DNA from: Octopus bimaculoides
Taxonomy: Eukaryota
Assembly: GCF_001194135.2 (NCBI RefSeq)
Contig: NC_068983.1
Coordinates: 61,051,090 to 61,115,089, forward strand
Reading direction: 5' to 3'
DNA: 64,000 nt
This document shows, piece by piece, positions 1 to 12,800 of this stretch. The notes under the pieces were generated by a model. It worked only from the letters and a program-made list of their open reading frames with translations, was not told the origin of the DNA and did no database searches. The translations under genes and the position numbers were made by a program. The number at the start of each line of letters is the position of its first letter. Within the stretch, counting starts at the first letter, position 1.

Positions 1-134
1 TCATACATGCAAATATACATGCATACATACACATATATATACATATATGTATGCATATACATGCATTGCGTACATACATATATATAATTACATACACATA
101 TATAGACAGACAAACAGACATACAGACACACAAT

Positions 135-190
<56 letters not shown>
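135..190. repeat. (GATA)n microsatellite
   Basis: Perfect gata tandem run, preceded by (CA)/(TA)-rich low-complexity sequence from position 1. Confidence 0.95.
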
Positions 191-191
<1 letters not shown>

Positions 192-1188
192 GTAGGTACG
201 TAGATAGTATGTAAATGTGGGGGTCTGTAGGTGTGTACTCTTAACAAGTCCACATTACGGTATGTTTAAATGGTAGATGGGAAAATATATTTGTGTTCTA
301 GACTGGAAATTGTCATATACTTCTCAAATGCGTTGTATTGAATATACTGTAATTAGATAAAAGTAATTCTGAGGATGTCAAAGCTGTTTTGAAGAAAGAC
401 TTTAAGTGCTTTTACTTATTGCTGAAAATATTTCTTCAATAATCGGAGCAAGCTGTTAGGAATAAATGCAGTTTCGCCAACAAAAATTATCTTAATCACC
501 TTTTAGTTTTAGAATCGATATTATTGTCTCCGAAATTCATTTACATATTTCATTCTTCTGGATAAAGTCATAAAACTAAAACCGCCAATAATAACTGGAA
601 ATCTTGACTAATATTAAATGTCTCTGACGTAAGCAGCGTTCATGCATTTCGTCTTAACTTTCATGTTTTTATGACTATTCATCGAAGGATATAGCTGTAT
701 GACAAAGTGATTGTGTTTATAACGGACTTAGAATGTTTTCTTTTTTTTTATTTATGCTAACAATATTGTATTTTAATAAAACTTTCGTGCTCTCATGTTA
801 CGTAAGCAATATTAGAACTCACTCTTCTTTTATTTCAGCGTCCTTGTCAATAAGGAAGATTTATATCAATGTTTTATGTCTCAATATGAAATTGTAAATC
901 AGACCAAATATAGATATTGAACAATCATCGATAATTTTCCCTGCCGGTGTAAGAATTGGTGAGAAGTATCAGTTTTTATTTTAACTACTATTTAGAAATT
1001 AGACTGTGAATCGTCATACAATTATATGAAGTTTTAAACGTTTCCTTTTAAAATGACTGGTTTAGGAAATGAGCACCATTAACTGCTCTGTATACTTCAC
1101 TAGTATAATTTCGAGACGTTTTCAAGTTGGTAGAAATCATCTCACGATAATACGTATTAAGGTGTGCATTGCGCGTGTATGTGAAAGT

Positions 1189-1224
<36 letters not shown>

Positions 1225-1856
1225 ACACACACACATACACACACACACGCATATGTATATATATATGTATATATATATATATATANNNNNNNNNNNNNNN
1301 NNNNNNNNNNNNNNNNNNNNNNNNNNNNNNNNNNNNNNNNNNNNNNNNNNNNNNNNNNNNNNNNNNNNNNNNNNNNNNNNNNNNNNNNNNNNNNNNNNNN
1401 NNNNNNNNNNNNNNNNNNNNNNNNNNNNNNNNNNNNNNNNNNNNNNNNNNNNNNNNNNNNNNNNNNNNNNNNNNNNNNNNNNNNNNNNNNNNNNNNNNNN
1501 NNNNNNGAAAAATTAAATTTTGGTAAATTTAAAAGAAAAGTCCTTTTAAAGACATATTTGTATAGTATTCAAATAACAGCGGCATTTTTCTTGCTTCTGC
1601 CTGTCTCTGTCTCACTTGTTAACTCTTGTGGTTTCGAAGGAGGACTGCTATGATAGTAGCAGTGTTAATTGGTTGGGTGTCCTGACATTGACCTGTTGAT
1701 GGACGTAGTGATCTGTATTGTTTATAATGTTTGCGTGGGTGTTATTCTAGACAGCAGTAGTAAGAGAAGAGGTGGTGGAAAGGAATAAGATGACGGAGAA
1801 GATGAGGGATGGGGAGAAGGAGAGAAATAGTAAAATGCAGGAAAGTGTGATAGTAA

Positions 1857-2640
1857 CTAGTCGAGTAATGATTGGGGTTGTTTTTTTATATTTATTATTA
1901 TTTTTTTTATAATTCCTTGCGTATCTATTTGGAGTTTATCATTTTTAATATTTGTGTGTGTCGTGGTAGATATGTCATTCGTTGTAGATGGGTTCAGAAG
2001 GGGTCTGTATTTTGTGATGAAGAGATATTCTTTACTTATTCTTTGGCTGTAGGATGTATTGTCTCTGAATTGGTAGAGGGGAAAGATTCTGAAACTAGGA
2101 TTTTTATTATTGGCGCAAATGGCGATGTGTTGACTGACTGCTAATTTTCTGTTTTGGGGAATTTTTATTTGGGATTTGTGCAGAGCCATCCGTTGACGCA
2201 GGCTGTTTTTTGTTTGGCCTATGTACTGCTCTTGACACCCAGAGCAGGTCAATGCGTATATCAGGTTCTCCGAAGTACATGTGAAGTTGCTTTTCACTTT
2301 GAAATTATGTCCCAGTTTGAAGGAGAACTCTGATCCCTGAATTAGATTGATGCATATTCCGCAGTTTTTTACTGACACATTTTTTTACTGAGGGCTTCAG
2401 TGTTTTTGATGAGGGTATTCGGGCTTGTGTAAGGAGACTTTTCAAAGATTTGGGCTGTCTCTTGCTTTTTATAATGGTGTGTGTTTGGAGGGTTCAGTTC
2501 ATTCTCTTGTCCTTTTTTAGCAGGGGAATGTTTTGAAGTATGGTGTCGAAGGCTTCGTTGTTAAGAGAGTTGTATGTGGAAATGTATGGTAGGGCTTTTA
2601 TTTTGTAAGACCTTCTTTAATTTGGGATGTCTGAGTTCGT
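1857..2640 (-). mobile_element. Penelope-like retroelement 3' fragment: linker plus GIY-YIG endonuclease, disrupted
   Basis: ORF 1857-2378 reads NCGIC...NLIYALTCSGCQEQYIGQTKNSLRQRMALHKSQI...VSQH...RISKEYLFITKYRPLLN, a GIY-YIG domain with the PLE CxxC/H motifs. Manual translation upstream gives LPYISTYN...IIKSKRQPKSLKSLLTQAR (PLE RT-EN linker), with a stop at 2494-2496 and a frameshift in the T-run near 2365-2385. Truncated by a (TA)n/N gap. Confidence 0.9.
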
Positions 2641-3160
2641 ATATATATATATATATATATNNNNNNNNNNNNNNNNNNNNNNNNNNNNNNNNNNNNNNNN
2701 NNNNNNNNNNNNNNNNNNNNNNNNNNNNNNNNNNNNNNNNNNNNNNNNNNNNNNNNNNNNNNNNNNNNNNNTATATACAGAAATGTTTTGAATATATACA
2801 TATTTATGTCTATATATATATGTACGTGTGTGTTGTGCGTGCTTGTGTGTGTGCATCCTGTCCATAATATGGTTCACCATACGGTATTTTCAGTCTAAAT
2901 GCTGTCGCTAAATATCAACATCAATACCGCGTGACCTTTCTCGGTCAATCGTAGGCTAATATCCAGTAATAATTACTGACTCTCTTCAATCGAACCCTCA
3001 TTCAGACACCAATGGGCAAAGACTAGCCAGCCGCTTGAAACTCAGAGTACCAAGGATTCTGAATAAAACTGTTTTGATCTATACATGTAACTCCCAATAA
3101 ATGTTGTGAGTGCCCCTCTTTTGTTTGTACACTCACTCGCTTATATGTATATATACATGC

Positions 3161-3210
<50 letters not shown>

Positions 3211-4724
3211 ATGTGTGTGTGTGTGTATGTATGTATGTATAGCATTTCTTTTAACCGTGGATACGTCCTCAATATGATTGTGTCTCAAGCTACTGCTATC
3301 TAGCACCTTCAGATGACCTCTACTCGACTGCTCCTCGTCAGCTGCTCAACCCCTCTACCACGGCTAGACTACCTCTATTTTTATGTCTTGGGTGATCGTA
3401 CTTCTTCGCTTGGGGGCGTCGACATAACACTTTCTAAGTGTTTATTTCCTTCACACATCTCGTGGCATAATAAATATCTTTTTTGCCAGATGGCCAGTTG
3501 CAATAACAAATCTCAAAACTGATGTCGAAGGAAGTGTACAATGGGAGGTATACGTTTTCTTTTACTTAGTGAATGTAAATCTTAAAAACCAAATATGACG
3601 CAGATTGTAATATTTTTCATAGAAATCAGAAAATTCCTGCTGATTCGTTTTTATATTTCGTCTCAATGCGATACCAGCATATTTCATATTCGAACATTAA
3701 TAAAATGTGCACAAACATCAATATCGATAATTTTGTTTACCAAAACATATTTTGTTGTCGCTATCCTTATAGATTGTAATGTATCTGGGTCAATGAAAGT
3801 TAATGAAAAGTATAAGACACAAAATATACAAAGGATATATGTTTGTGCTTTGCATCATTAAGATACAGTTGGTATATTTTTGAAGACTTGCTGTATTAGA
3901 TGTTATGAATATGAAATAGGTTGTTGAAAATGCATACTTTTGTTCTATTGGTGTTTATATATATATANNNNNNNNNNNNNNNNNNNNNNNNNNNNNNNNN
4001 NNNNNNNNNNNNNNNNNNNNNNNNNNNNNNNNNNNNNNNNNNNNNNNNNNNNNNNNNNNNNNNNNNNNNNNNNNNNNNNNNNNNNNNNNNNNNNNNNNNN
4101 NNNNNNNNNNNNNNNNNNNNNNNNNNNNTATATATATATATATATATATGCAGACACATACATATATATATGTATATATAGTGAGAATGAGGGTGGAGAA
4201 GGAGAGAGAGAAAGAGAGAGGTGACGGAATCATTTTATTTAATTAAACGTTCATTTTCAAGTATTATATGATTATCTTCTATGCACCTGCAAGAAAGCTT
4301 TGAGTCTTATTGCCTGGGAAAGGTAAGCTGTAGTACGTTAAAAATCATATCATTAAGCTAAGTTTCATATAGTCAAGCAAATTTAATTTCAAGAGTTTCA
4401 TATGACTTACAGTAAGATATGTTTTAGCAGATACTTTGAATACCTTAATCGGTTTGGGACATATTTTCTAACATTCTAAAAATGTTGACCTAAATATTTA
4501 AGGTAGGATACTTGTACAGTTTTATGGAACATCTGGACGGTACAGACCTGCTTTTCGTACTTTATCTATAGTTTTCGTTCACAACATTTGTTTTCTTTCT
4601 CCACGTGTGTGCATGCGTTTATGCGTATATATGCATTTATGCAAAAGTGCATAAATATATATATATGTATGTGTGTGTATGTGTGTGCGCGTTTGTTTGT
4701 GTGTTGTTGTTATTGTGTGTATAT

Positions 4725-4925
4725 AGTAAATCTAAAAACACGAACAACAAACACAGAAAAAACAACAACGTGAGGACGTGTAAAGCATTAGCAGACGCTC
4801 AGGGAAAGAAAGAAAGATGGTTTAACGTTTCGAGCAAAGCTCTTCTTCAGAAAAAGAGGAAAGTCCAATAGAAAAGGAAAATGGAAGTAAAAATTGCCAA
4901 CTATTCACTTGTAGTTATACCCGCA
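4725..4925 (-). repeat. Dispersed repeat carrying a minimal hammerhead-ribozyme motif (copy 1; PLE terminal repeat or retrozyme-like)
   Basis: Minus strand 4854-4820 reads tttt-CTGAAGA-A-GAGC-ttt-GCTC-GAAAC-GT-T-aaac. Homologous to 6160-6430. Confidence 0.7.
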
Positions 4926-5491
4926 TTAAAATGGTATAGTTTGTAGTTTGTATATTTGAATGTGTGTGTGTATATATACATACATACATCTAAATATATA
5001 TATATATATATATATATAAATGTATTTACGTGAAAGAAAATTATCGGAGACGTAATACGTGTTGTCTACAAATACTGATAATATGTGCTATTATCAGGAT
5101 GTTGACGACAAAATGTGTTGTCTCGCACACAATGACAGGTTCCAAATCCTGTTTCCTGGCTGGGTGAAAATGTTGAAACTTTAAACCACTGTAACTTTTT
5201 TTAAAACATTTTTCTGAAAAGATTAAATAACTCCAGTAGTTTGAGTAAGTGTATTATTGTGCCAAATTAAAAAATGTTTGTAAACTTTAATTTTTGAAAC
5301 GCCGGCAGCCAAACCTGTAAGATCCTGTGTATGAAATATATTGTTTCAATCGAAATGAATATAACATTTCGTATTGACACTGATGCTCCCCATCCACGTA
5401 CATAAAGTATGTTTAATAACGTACATAACATGGAATGACACACACAATAAAAGTCGAAATGAAAATAAAATTTCGCATTGGCACTGACATA

Positions 5492-5537
5492 TAATGTACT
5501 TAATAGCGTACCTAATGTACTTAATAGCGTACCTAAT
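5492..5537. repeat. 21-bp tandem duplication
   Basis: taatgtacttaatagcgtacc x2 plus taat. Confidence 0.9.
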
Positions 5538-5890
5538 ACGCAGAAAGACACACATTGTGAGACATATACAAACTCATAAACTTACACACGTGCATTCACA
5601 GACATATAAACAGTCATATATAAAATGTGACATCGTTGTGGTGGTGGTGGCTAGAAATAAAAGTAAACGTATAAAAGTGAAATAATATATCTCATTACAA
5701 TATATATCTTATTCTTTCACTTTAATTCTTTGATATTTGACATGTAACACAGAACCAATGCCAATCTTCCATTGCTTTAATCCAAATGACAGAAAAAAAC
5801 AGCACGCTGACATTCACGGGGTCTGATATTATTATCATGTATATACGGCAGTCTGCTTTCAGTTTCCGTGTACGAAATGCACCCAGAAGG

Positions 5891-5933
<43 letters not shown>

Positions 5934-6159
5934 TACACACACACACACACACATACACACACATACACACACATACATACAAATATATATATACATATAT
6001 GTATGTATATATATATACACATATATGTATATGTATATACTATAGTCTCAGGGCGACTAAACTTTCTGAGTGACTTTTGTACACGGAAACTGAAAGCATA
6101 CATAGACATATTTCGACATATATATATATATATATATGTATATAGATAGATATATGTAA

Positions 6160-6430
6160 TCAATCCAAATAAAAACAAGCAAGAAAAAAACAACAACGCG
6201 AGGACGTGGTACAAGTACTGTGTTATTGGACGCTAAGGAAAAGAAAGAAAAGAAAGAGGATTTCACGTTTCGAGCGGAGCTTTTCATCAGAAATATACAA
6301 AAAATGCAAAGAAAGAAAGACGGAGAAAGAAAACGATACACACGCAGTCACATATTGAAATGACCGGAAAGGAATGAGTGAAGAAAAAGTTTTTTTCTAA
6401 GTGAGGAGAGGGCAAGAGAAGGAGGTATGT
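6160..6430 (-). repeat. Dispersed repeat carrying a minimal hammerhead-ribozyme motif (copy 2, degenerate)
   Basis: Minus strand 6294-6260 reads attt-CTGATGA-A-AAGC-tcc-GCTC-GAAAC-GT-G-aaat. Shares the aaaacaacaacgYgaggacgtg...gacgct..aaagaaagaaag flank with copy 1. Confidence 0.65.
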
Positions 6431-6907
6431 GTGTGTATGTGTGGGTGTGTGCGTGTGTGAGGTATGTGTGTGCGTGTGTAATGATGGCATGTGTGTGTGC
6501 GTACGTGTCTGTGGTTGTGGCTCTGTATGTATGTGCGTGGTTGGACTTTGTGTCGCTTAATATCGTAGGTAGATTTTATAGCAAGAATTTTTGTAGGAGT
6601 GGCTGCCTGCTGTGTGTCACACTTCACATGTGCGTAGGGGAATGGTCAGTAGAAAGGTGTTTAACTGGAGGTTTGAAGTAAGTGCTGCGTTCGTGTGTGT
6701 ATACGTTGTGTGTGTGGTTTATGTGCAGTGTGTGTCTTTGTGTGCATGTGCGTGTATGTGTGTGTACGTGTGTGTATGTGTGTAGCGTGAGGTCGTGTGT
6801 GTTTTGTCTGTGGAGTAAACGTACGCTACTCTGTGTGTGGGCGTTGCGTNNNNNNNNNNNNNNNNNNNNNNNNNNNNNNNNNNNNNNNNNNNNNNNNNNN
6901 NNNNTGT

Positions 6908-7044
6908 GTATATGTGGCTGATTAAAGAAGCTTGCTTACCAAACGTGGTCTGGGGTTCAGTCCCGCTGTGTGGAACCTTGGGCAAGAATCTTCTACTATA
7001 GCTTTGAGCCGACTAAAGCCTTGTGAGTGGATTTATATATTAGT

Positions 7045-7079
<35 letters not shown>

Positions 7080-7330
7080 TTGTGAGAGTCTGTGTGTTTA
7101 TGCGTGTGTGTGAGTGTCTTTGTGGCTGTGTTTGTCCCACTCATCATCTCTTGACAACCAGTGTTGGTGTGTAACATAGCAGTTCGGCAATAGAAACCGA
7201 TAGTATAAGTGCAATGCTTATAAAAAAAAATAAGTCCTGTGTTCGATACATTCCCCTAAAAATTCTTCACGGCGGTGCCCCAGTATGGCCACAGTCTGTT
7301 GACTGAAACAGATGAAAGAGAAAAGATATA
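6908..7330 (+). mobile_element. tRNA-derived SINE, family A (degenerate full-length copy)
   Basis: Head gcttgcttacc...ggttcagtccc...ccttgggcaag...cttctactatagc, internal (TA)/(TG) tract and tail ggtgccccagtatggccacagtc...gactgaaacag; matches the copy at 25479. Confidence 0.85.
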
Positions 7331-8677
7331 TATTGGAACCACAAATTGGTTAAAGGTTAACTGCTGCTGCTTCAGCCGCGTTTTTTATTTATCTATAATT
7401 CGATTACAACATGGAAGAACCGTTTTCTTCAGGTCACCCTCCCATTTAGGAATCATTGAAGAAAGAGAAAACACACCGAGTCTTAGCTCGGTGTGAAGTA
7501 TATGAGATATTAAATTGTCCGGATAACATACTTAATAAGGCATGGGAACTTAAAATGAAATGCTTACCTAGCATTCAACGGACATTCGATTACTGATAAG
7601 AATTGTCTATTGATACCAAACTTTCTATCTTCCTCAACGTTAATTCTGTATTACTCTAAACCGTGTTGTACCTCTGTTATCGGCGTTACGATTACATTAC
7701 ATAATATAATGTAATATATGACTTCATTGACGGCCTCTGTCATTTATATTTATATTTGTATTTATAATTGTCTCGCTTCCTAACTTTATACATGATTCTC
7801 ATATTCTAATTCTCTATTACTTTTAATTCATCCACAATATGTTATTACATTTTTATTTGTTTATTTACATTTTCATATTCTTTTTATGTTCTTTTATATT
7901 TATCTAATATTTTTTATATTCTTATTTACATATTATGGTGTATTTTCATTCCTTGGATATATTCCAAATTACCATGTTTTTATAATATCATGATGCGTAC
8001 AGGAATTTAAAACTTCGCAACACATTTTAACTATAGATGCGCATATGCATGTGTTGGTAAACATATATGTATTTGTCAGCCTGTGTGTGCATATATATGT
8101 ATGTTTGTGTTTCTATATGCGTGTGTATTGTATATATATGTGCATATGTATGTGCTTGAGTATGTATATGTATATATGTGTCTGTGAGTATGTATATGTA
8201 CCTAAATGTATGTATGTAGTCAAATATTCGTGGGTTATTTTTACTTATGGATGTATAGCTACGTATTATGTGAATTTGCTTCATCCCATACTCTGGGGTC
8301 TCTTTATTTGAATATTTGATTACATCTTTCATCGGTATGAACTCTATCATATTATATATTGATATCTTTGTCGATGTTACTCTGCTTGATGTTATAATTA
8401 TTGCTGCTACCATAGCAATTGTACGTAACTTTCGTATGGGTGTACATGTGTGTGTGTGCGCGCGTGGGTGTAAGTGTGCATGTGTGTAAATGTATGTGTT
8501 GATGTATGTATACATATTGATGCTTATATACATGCATGTCTATGTATATGCGCATATGTATATTCCAAGTGTATGTTGTACATGCATGTAGGTTTACATG
8601 TTTTTTGCTTAGATATTACATTATACTTTATGCACATGTAATCGTGTATTTGTGTATTTAGCTATAGTATGTATATA

Positions 8678-9854
8678 TAGAAGGGGAGCTGAAACGTTCC
8701 TGGTTTCAAAGGTGACGTAAAATTATACATCTCTTAGTTCTTCAGGGAAGGTAAAACAACTATCTACGTACGCAAAAAATCATGATGTTATACAATATTT
8801 CTTTGTCTTTTCTTCAGATTGAACGCACGATGTTGGCTCCTACAGTGGATTTTGATAAAATTTAAGCACGGGCGGTCATGAAATACCTCTGTTTTGCGGG
8901 GGGGGGGCATTGTGAGATAAAGAAAGTCTTGAAGAATGACTGTCCATCTTACTTCACATTTGGGTGTCAAAGTTTCAAACTGGTCATTTGGAGATCACAG
9001 ATGTATACCAGTCAAGACGGCCAACTACCGCGGCCACAGAGGAAAAAACTGACGCTGTGCACGTCATTATTCTCGACGATTGCCGGATTAGTTGAGTTTC
9101 TGGCGATTTCCCTCGAAAGAAGTTACCACATTATCCACAACATTCTGGATATGAGAAAGCTTTCTTCGAAATGAGTACCGAAATGCCAGAACGCAGATCA
9201 GAGGTGATCAGTGTGACGACATCAAAGGCGGGTTTGCAGCGGGAGAGGCCAATTTTATGACTCGTTTAATCATCATGGATGCTGATAGCTTCATCATTAT
9301 GACCTCTAGACCAAGCAGAAATCAATGGAATTTATCCGTAACGATTCACTGCGTCCCAAAAAGATTCGGACCCACAGCTGTAATGATTCTGGGCTGCAAT
9401 ACTTCTCATAAAATACCTGCCAAAGGCTCGCACCATCAACTCAGAATATTACACGCTTGTTTTGGATGAATTGGGTAAAGCTTAGAAGCAGACACGCTGA
9501 AACATGGTGTCCTATTTTTCCAGGACAATGCACCGGCACACACAGCACATGAAAATCCATGGAAATATTCGACTTTGCTTCGAATCGGTCGACCACCTAT
9601 CATACTCTCCTGACTGGACACCGTCCGATTATTCACTCTTTTTACAATTGAAGAAAAATCTCCACGGAACGAAATTTCACTCCAATTCTGAAGTGATCCC
9701 TGGTACAGACGCCTAGTCGGTGACCCAAACATTCGAGTTCCTTTTACAAGACTAAGCGTGTGAATCAGAATAGAGTATATGTTGAATGAAATCATAATTA
9801 CCTGATCTTCCAGTATTTTCTTTTAGACAAAACAAGCAACTTTTCAGCACCCCA
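8678..9854 (+). mobile_element. Mariner (DD34D) transposon remnant with both TIRs
   Basis: Left end ggggagctgaaacgttcctgg; right end gcaacttttcagcacccc (inverted). Broken transposase with HHYD..TKQKSME, TINSEYY, VLFFQDNAPAHT and DHLSYSPDWTPSDYSLF motifs (YSPDLAPSDY-type). Confidence 0.88.
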
Positions 9855-11421
9855 NNNNNNNNNNNNNNNNNNNNNNNNNNNNNNNNNNNNNNNNNNNNNN
9901 NNNNNNNNNNNNNNNNNNNNNNNNNNNNNNNNNNNNNNNNNNNNNNNNNNNNNNNNNNNNNNNNNNNNNNNNNNNNNNNNNNNNNNNNNNNNNNNNNNNN
10001 NNNNNNNNNNNNNNNNNNNNNNNNNNNNNNNNNNNNNNNNNNNNNNNNNNNNNNNNNNNNNNNNNNNNNNNNNNNNNNNNNNNNNNNNNNNNNNNNNNNN
10101 NNNNNNNNNNNNNNNNNNNNNNNNNNNNNNNNNNNNNNNNNNNNNNNNNNNNNNNNNNNNNNNNNNNNNNNNNNNNNNNNNNNNNNNNNNNNNNNNNNNN
10201 NNNNNNNNNNNNNNNNNNNNNNNNNNNNNNNNNNNNNNNNNNNNNNNNNNNNNNNNNNNNNNNNNNNNNNNNNNNNNNNNNNNNNNNNNNNNNNNNNNNN
10301 NNNNNNNNNNNNNNNNNNNNNNNNNNNNNNNNNNNNNNNNNNNNNNNNNNNNNNNNNNNNNNNNNNNNNNNNNNNNNNNNNNNNNNNNNNNNNNNNNNNN
10401 NNNNNNNNNNNNNNNNNNNNNNNNNNNNNNNNNNNNNNNNNNNNNNNNNNNNNNNNNNNNNNNNNNNNNNNNNNNNNNNNNNNNNNNNNNNNNNNNNNNN
10501 NNNNNNNNNNNNNNNNNNNNNNNNNNNNNNNNNNNNNNNNNNNNNNNNNNNNNNNNNNNNNNNNNNNNNNNNNNNNNNNNNACACACACACTTGTGCGCA
10601 ATGTTTACGGAGATCAATACTTTCTTGCAGAAAATATTTTTCCTCTCCTTTAAATCTTTTCTAATATCGAAAGAAAAAAATGTAGATAAAGAAAGAAATG
10701 AAATGTAAATTAATAATAATGATTTGCTAATAAAAAATATTAATAATAAAATTTGTTGAAATTTGATTATATTCAATAAACATTTCCTAGCTTATCCAAG
10801 CAATTCATTCTTATTAAAGAAACAAAATTGAATAAAATCACTACAAAACATCATATTGCATTCGGGCAATTTCAACATGATTTTAGCGTAACCATGGAGA
10901 AATCGTATATATCTCTACGTTGATTTAGTAGCTCTTTGGACGTCTTATTCCCCACCTCAAATATTTCTTGTTCTATCTCTCTGAACTTAACTCTCTGCCA
11001 TTCTCTGTCTGCGTCTCTGTCTGACTGCTGTCTGTCAGATGTCTGTTTGTCTTCCTACCCCACATCATCTGTATTGCGCGTGCTTCAGGATTTCTATCTA
11101 TCTACACACGCAGACACGCGCGCGCGCACGCATACACAGACACACACACACACATATGTATCCATTTATCTACCTATCTAATTAGCTACACATATCAACC
11201 ACTCTCTAACTTCCTGTCACTGCGAGGGAACGTAAGGGTCACTTAATATAATACATTACCTACCAGCTATTTGTACTAAACAATGCAGTTATAGCATATA
11301 GGCGCACTTTATCTTTTAGACAGTATTATTAGTTCATGTTTCGATGGGATGTGAATTTTTTCCCTTATTTCTTATTTACTTTTAAAATGTTATAAAATGT
11401 TATCATTTCTTTATGGCTATG

Positions 11422-11497
<76 letters not shown>
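11422..11497. repeat. (AGAT)n microsatellite
   Basis: Perfect tandem run. Confidence 0.95.
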
Positions 11498-11498
<1 letters not shown>

Positions 11499-11933
11499 GT
11501 GGAGAAAATTTCGGGTTGAGAATATTGAAAACATAAAAAGATGCACGCAAATATTTCGCACTTAAAATCGTTTGTTGCAAATATTCTCAGAATATATTCG
11601 ATATACGTATAAATACTCCTCTACATACATTCAAGAGTCGACCGTTATAACTTTATCAAAGAATGTCTATTATAAATCAATATGTGTGTGTGCACGCGCT
11701 CACATTTCTGTGTGTTGATGTTTCTCTATGAATAAATATCCGGCCTCATCTGAATAAGGTATATGCATATAGTATTGCGTACGTATGTGTCTGTGATTTG
11801 CGTTGCATAAAGCTTTATACTTATATACATTTAAGGATGTAAATAGATATATATGTACATATATAAGCTAGTGTGTGCGTGCACATGTATATATATATAT
11901 GTATATAAACATGATTTACATCGTTTGGTTAGA

Positions 11934-11973
<40 letters not shown>

Positions 11974-12249
11974 GTGTTTGTGTCTAGGTGTGTGCATATA
12001 TGTATTCGCACGGTACGACAGGTACTTCGAGACATATGGTGTAACACAAGAAACACGAGAAAAAAATCAAATGAAATTTAATAAACATTTCAGTACACGA
12101 TTTCGAAATGGTTCCTTATTAGATTCTTCCTACAATCTATTTTCAGTTTCGCTGACTGTTTCAATGCGAAATTGGGATCGTTGACATATCAACACTAAAT
12201 AGGAATTCCTTTCACATATAGTTATACATTGCGGGCATATCTTGCACAA

Positions 12250-12800
12250 TGGTGATCTTCAGTAGTGTACCGTAGAATTCAGTCTGATGAATTTTAAGGC
12301 CACAAATTTAGTCCTTCATTATCGATAAATTGTTTGACATCTATACCTGGATTACATGAGCTTTGTTAAAAAGTGCTGTATGGTAATTCCTGCGTACTTA
12401 AGTCATCAAGAGCTTAACAACTGTCTCCGGCAGCATTGAGTTTAAGAGCTTTAGAAATTACGGCGTAGCATGACATGATGTTTGTCATTTACCACTCCTA
12501 AAATCCTATATATAACCATCTGCGATTTCTTCGGTAAGACGATCGACATGGTCGAATTTCCCCACCCCCTCAGAGGAGAAGCAAAGCATGCCACATTCAT
12601 GAGGTTTTCTACATTGTTTAGTCCAGACGGTTTTCCTGTGTCGTTATAGACATGAATTGGATACTCCTCTCTATGTCCGACTTGTTACGAACGTCGGTTC
12701 TGATTGTCCAATCTGCCATCAAAAAAGTTCCAGGTCAATGACTTACATCGATTTTCCGCAGTAATTATTGATAATGTGTCAAAACTGCTAGTAATTTTTA
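12250..12800 (-). mobile_element. Highly degraded Tc1-like transposase remnant
   Basis: Minus-strand translations give MW..CFSSEGVGKFDHVD (Tc1 MVWGCFSxxGVG motif) near 12550-12600 and EGLNLWP*NSSD*IL (WPxQSPDLNPIE-like) near 12275-12316. Many stops. Confidence 0.5.

Noticed and set aside
400-660. Minus-strand FPVIIGGFSFMTLSRR resembling Pif1 FPxxxxFAMTI
   Set aside because: Too short and too interrupted to call a Helitron fragment.
3270-3350. CTGACGA on the minus strand suggesting a third hammerhead
   Set aside because: No canonical GAAA box (GAGAC instead) and no helix I/III pairing could be built.
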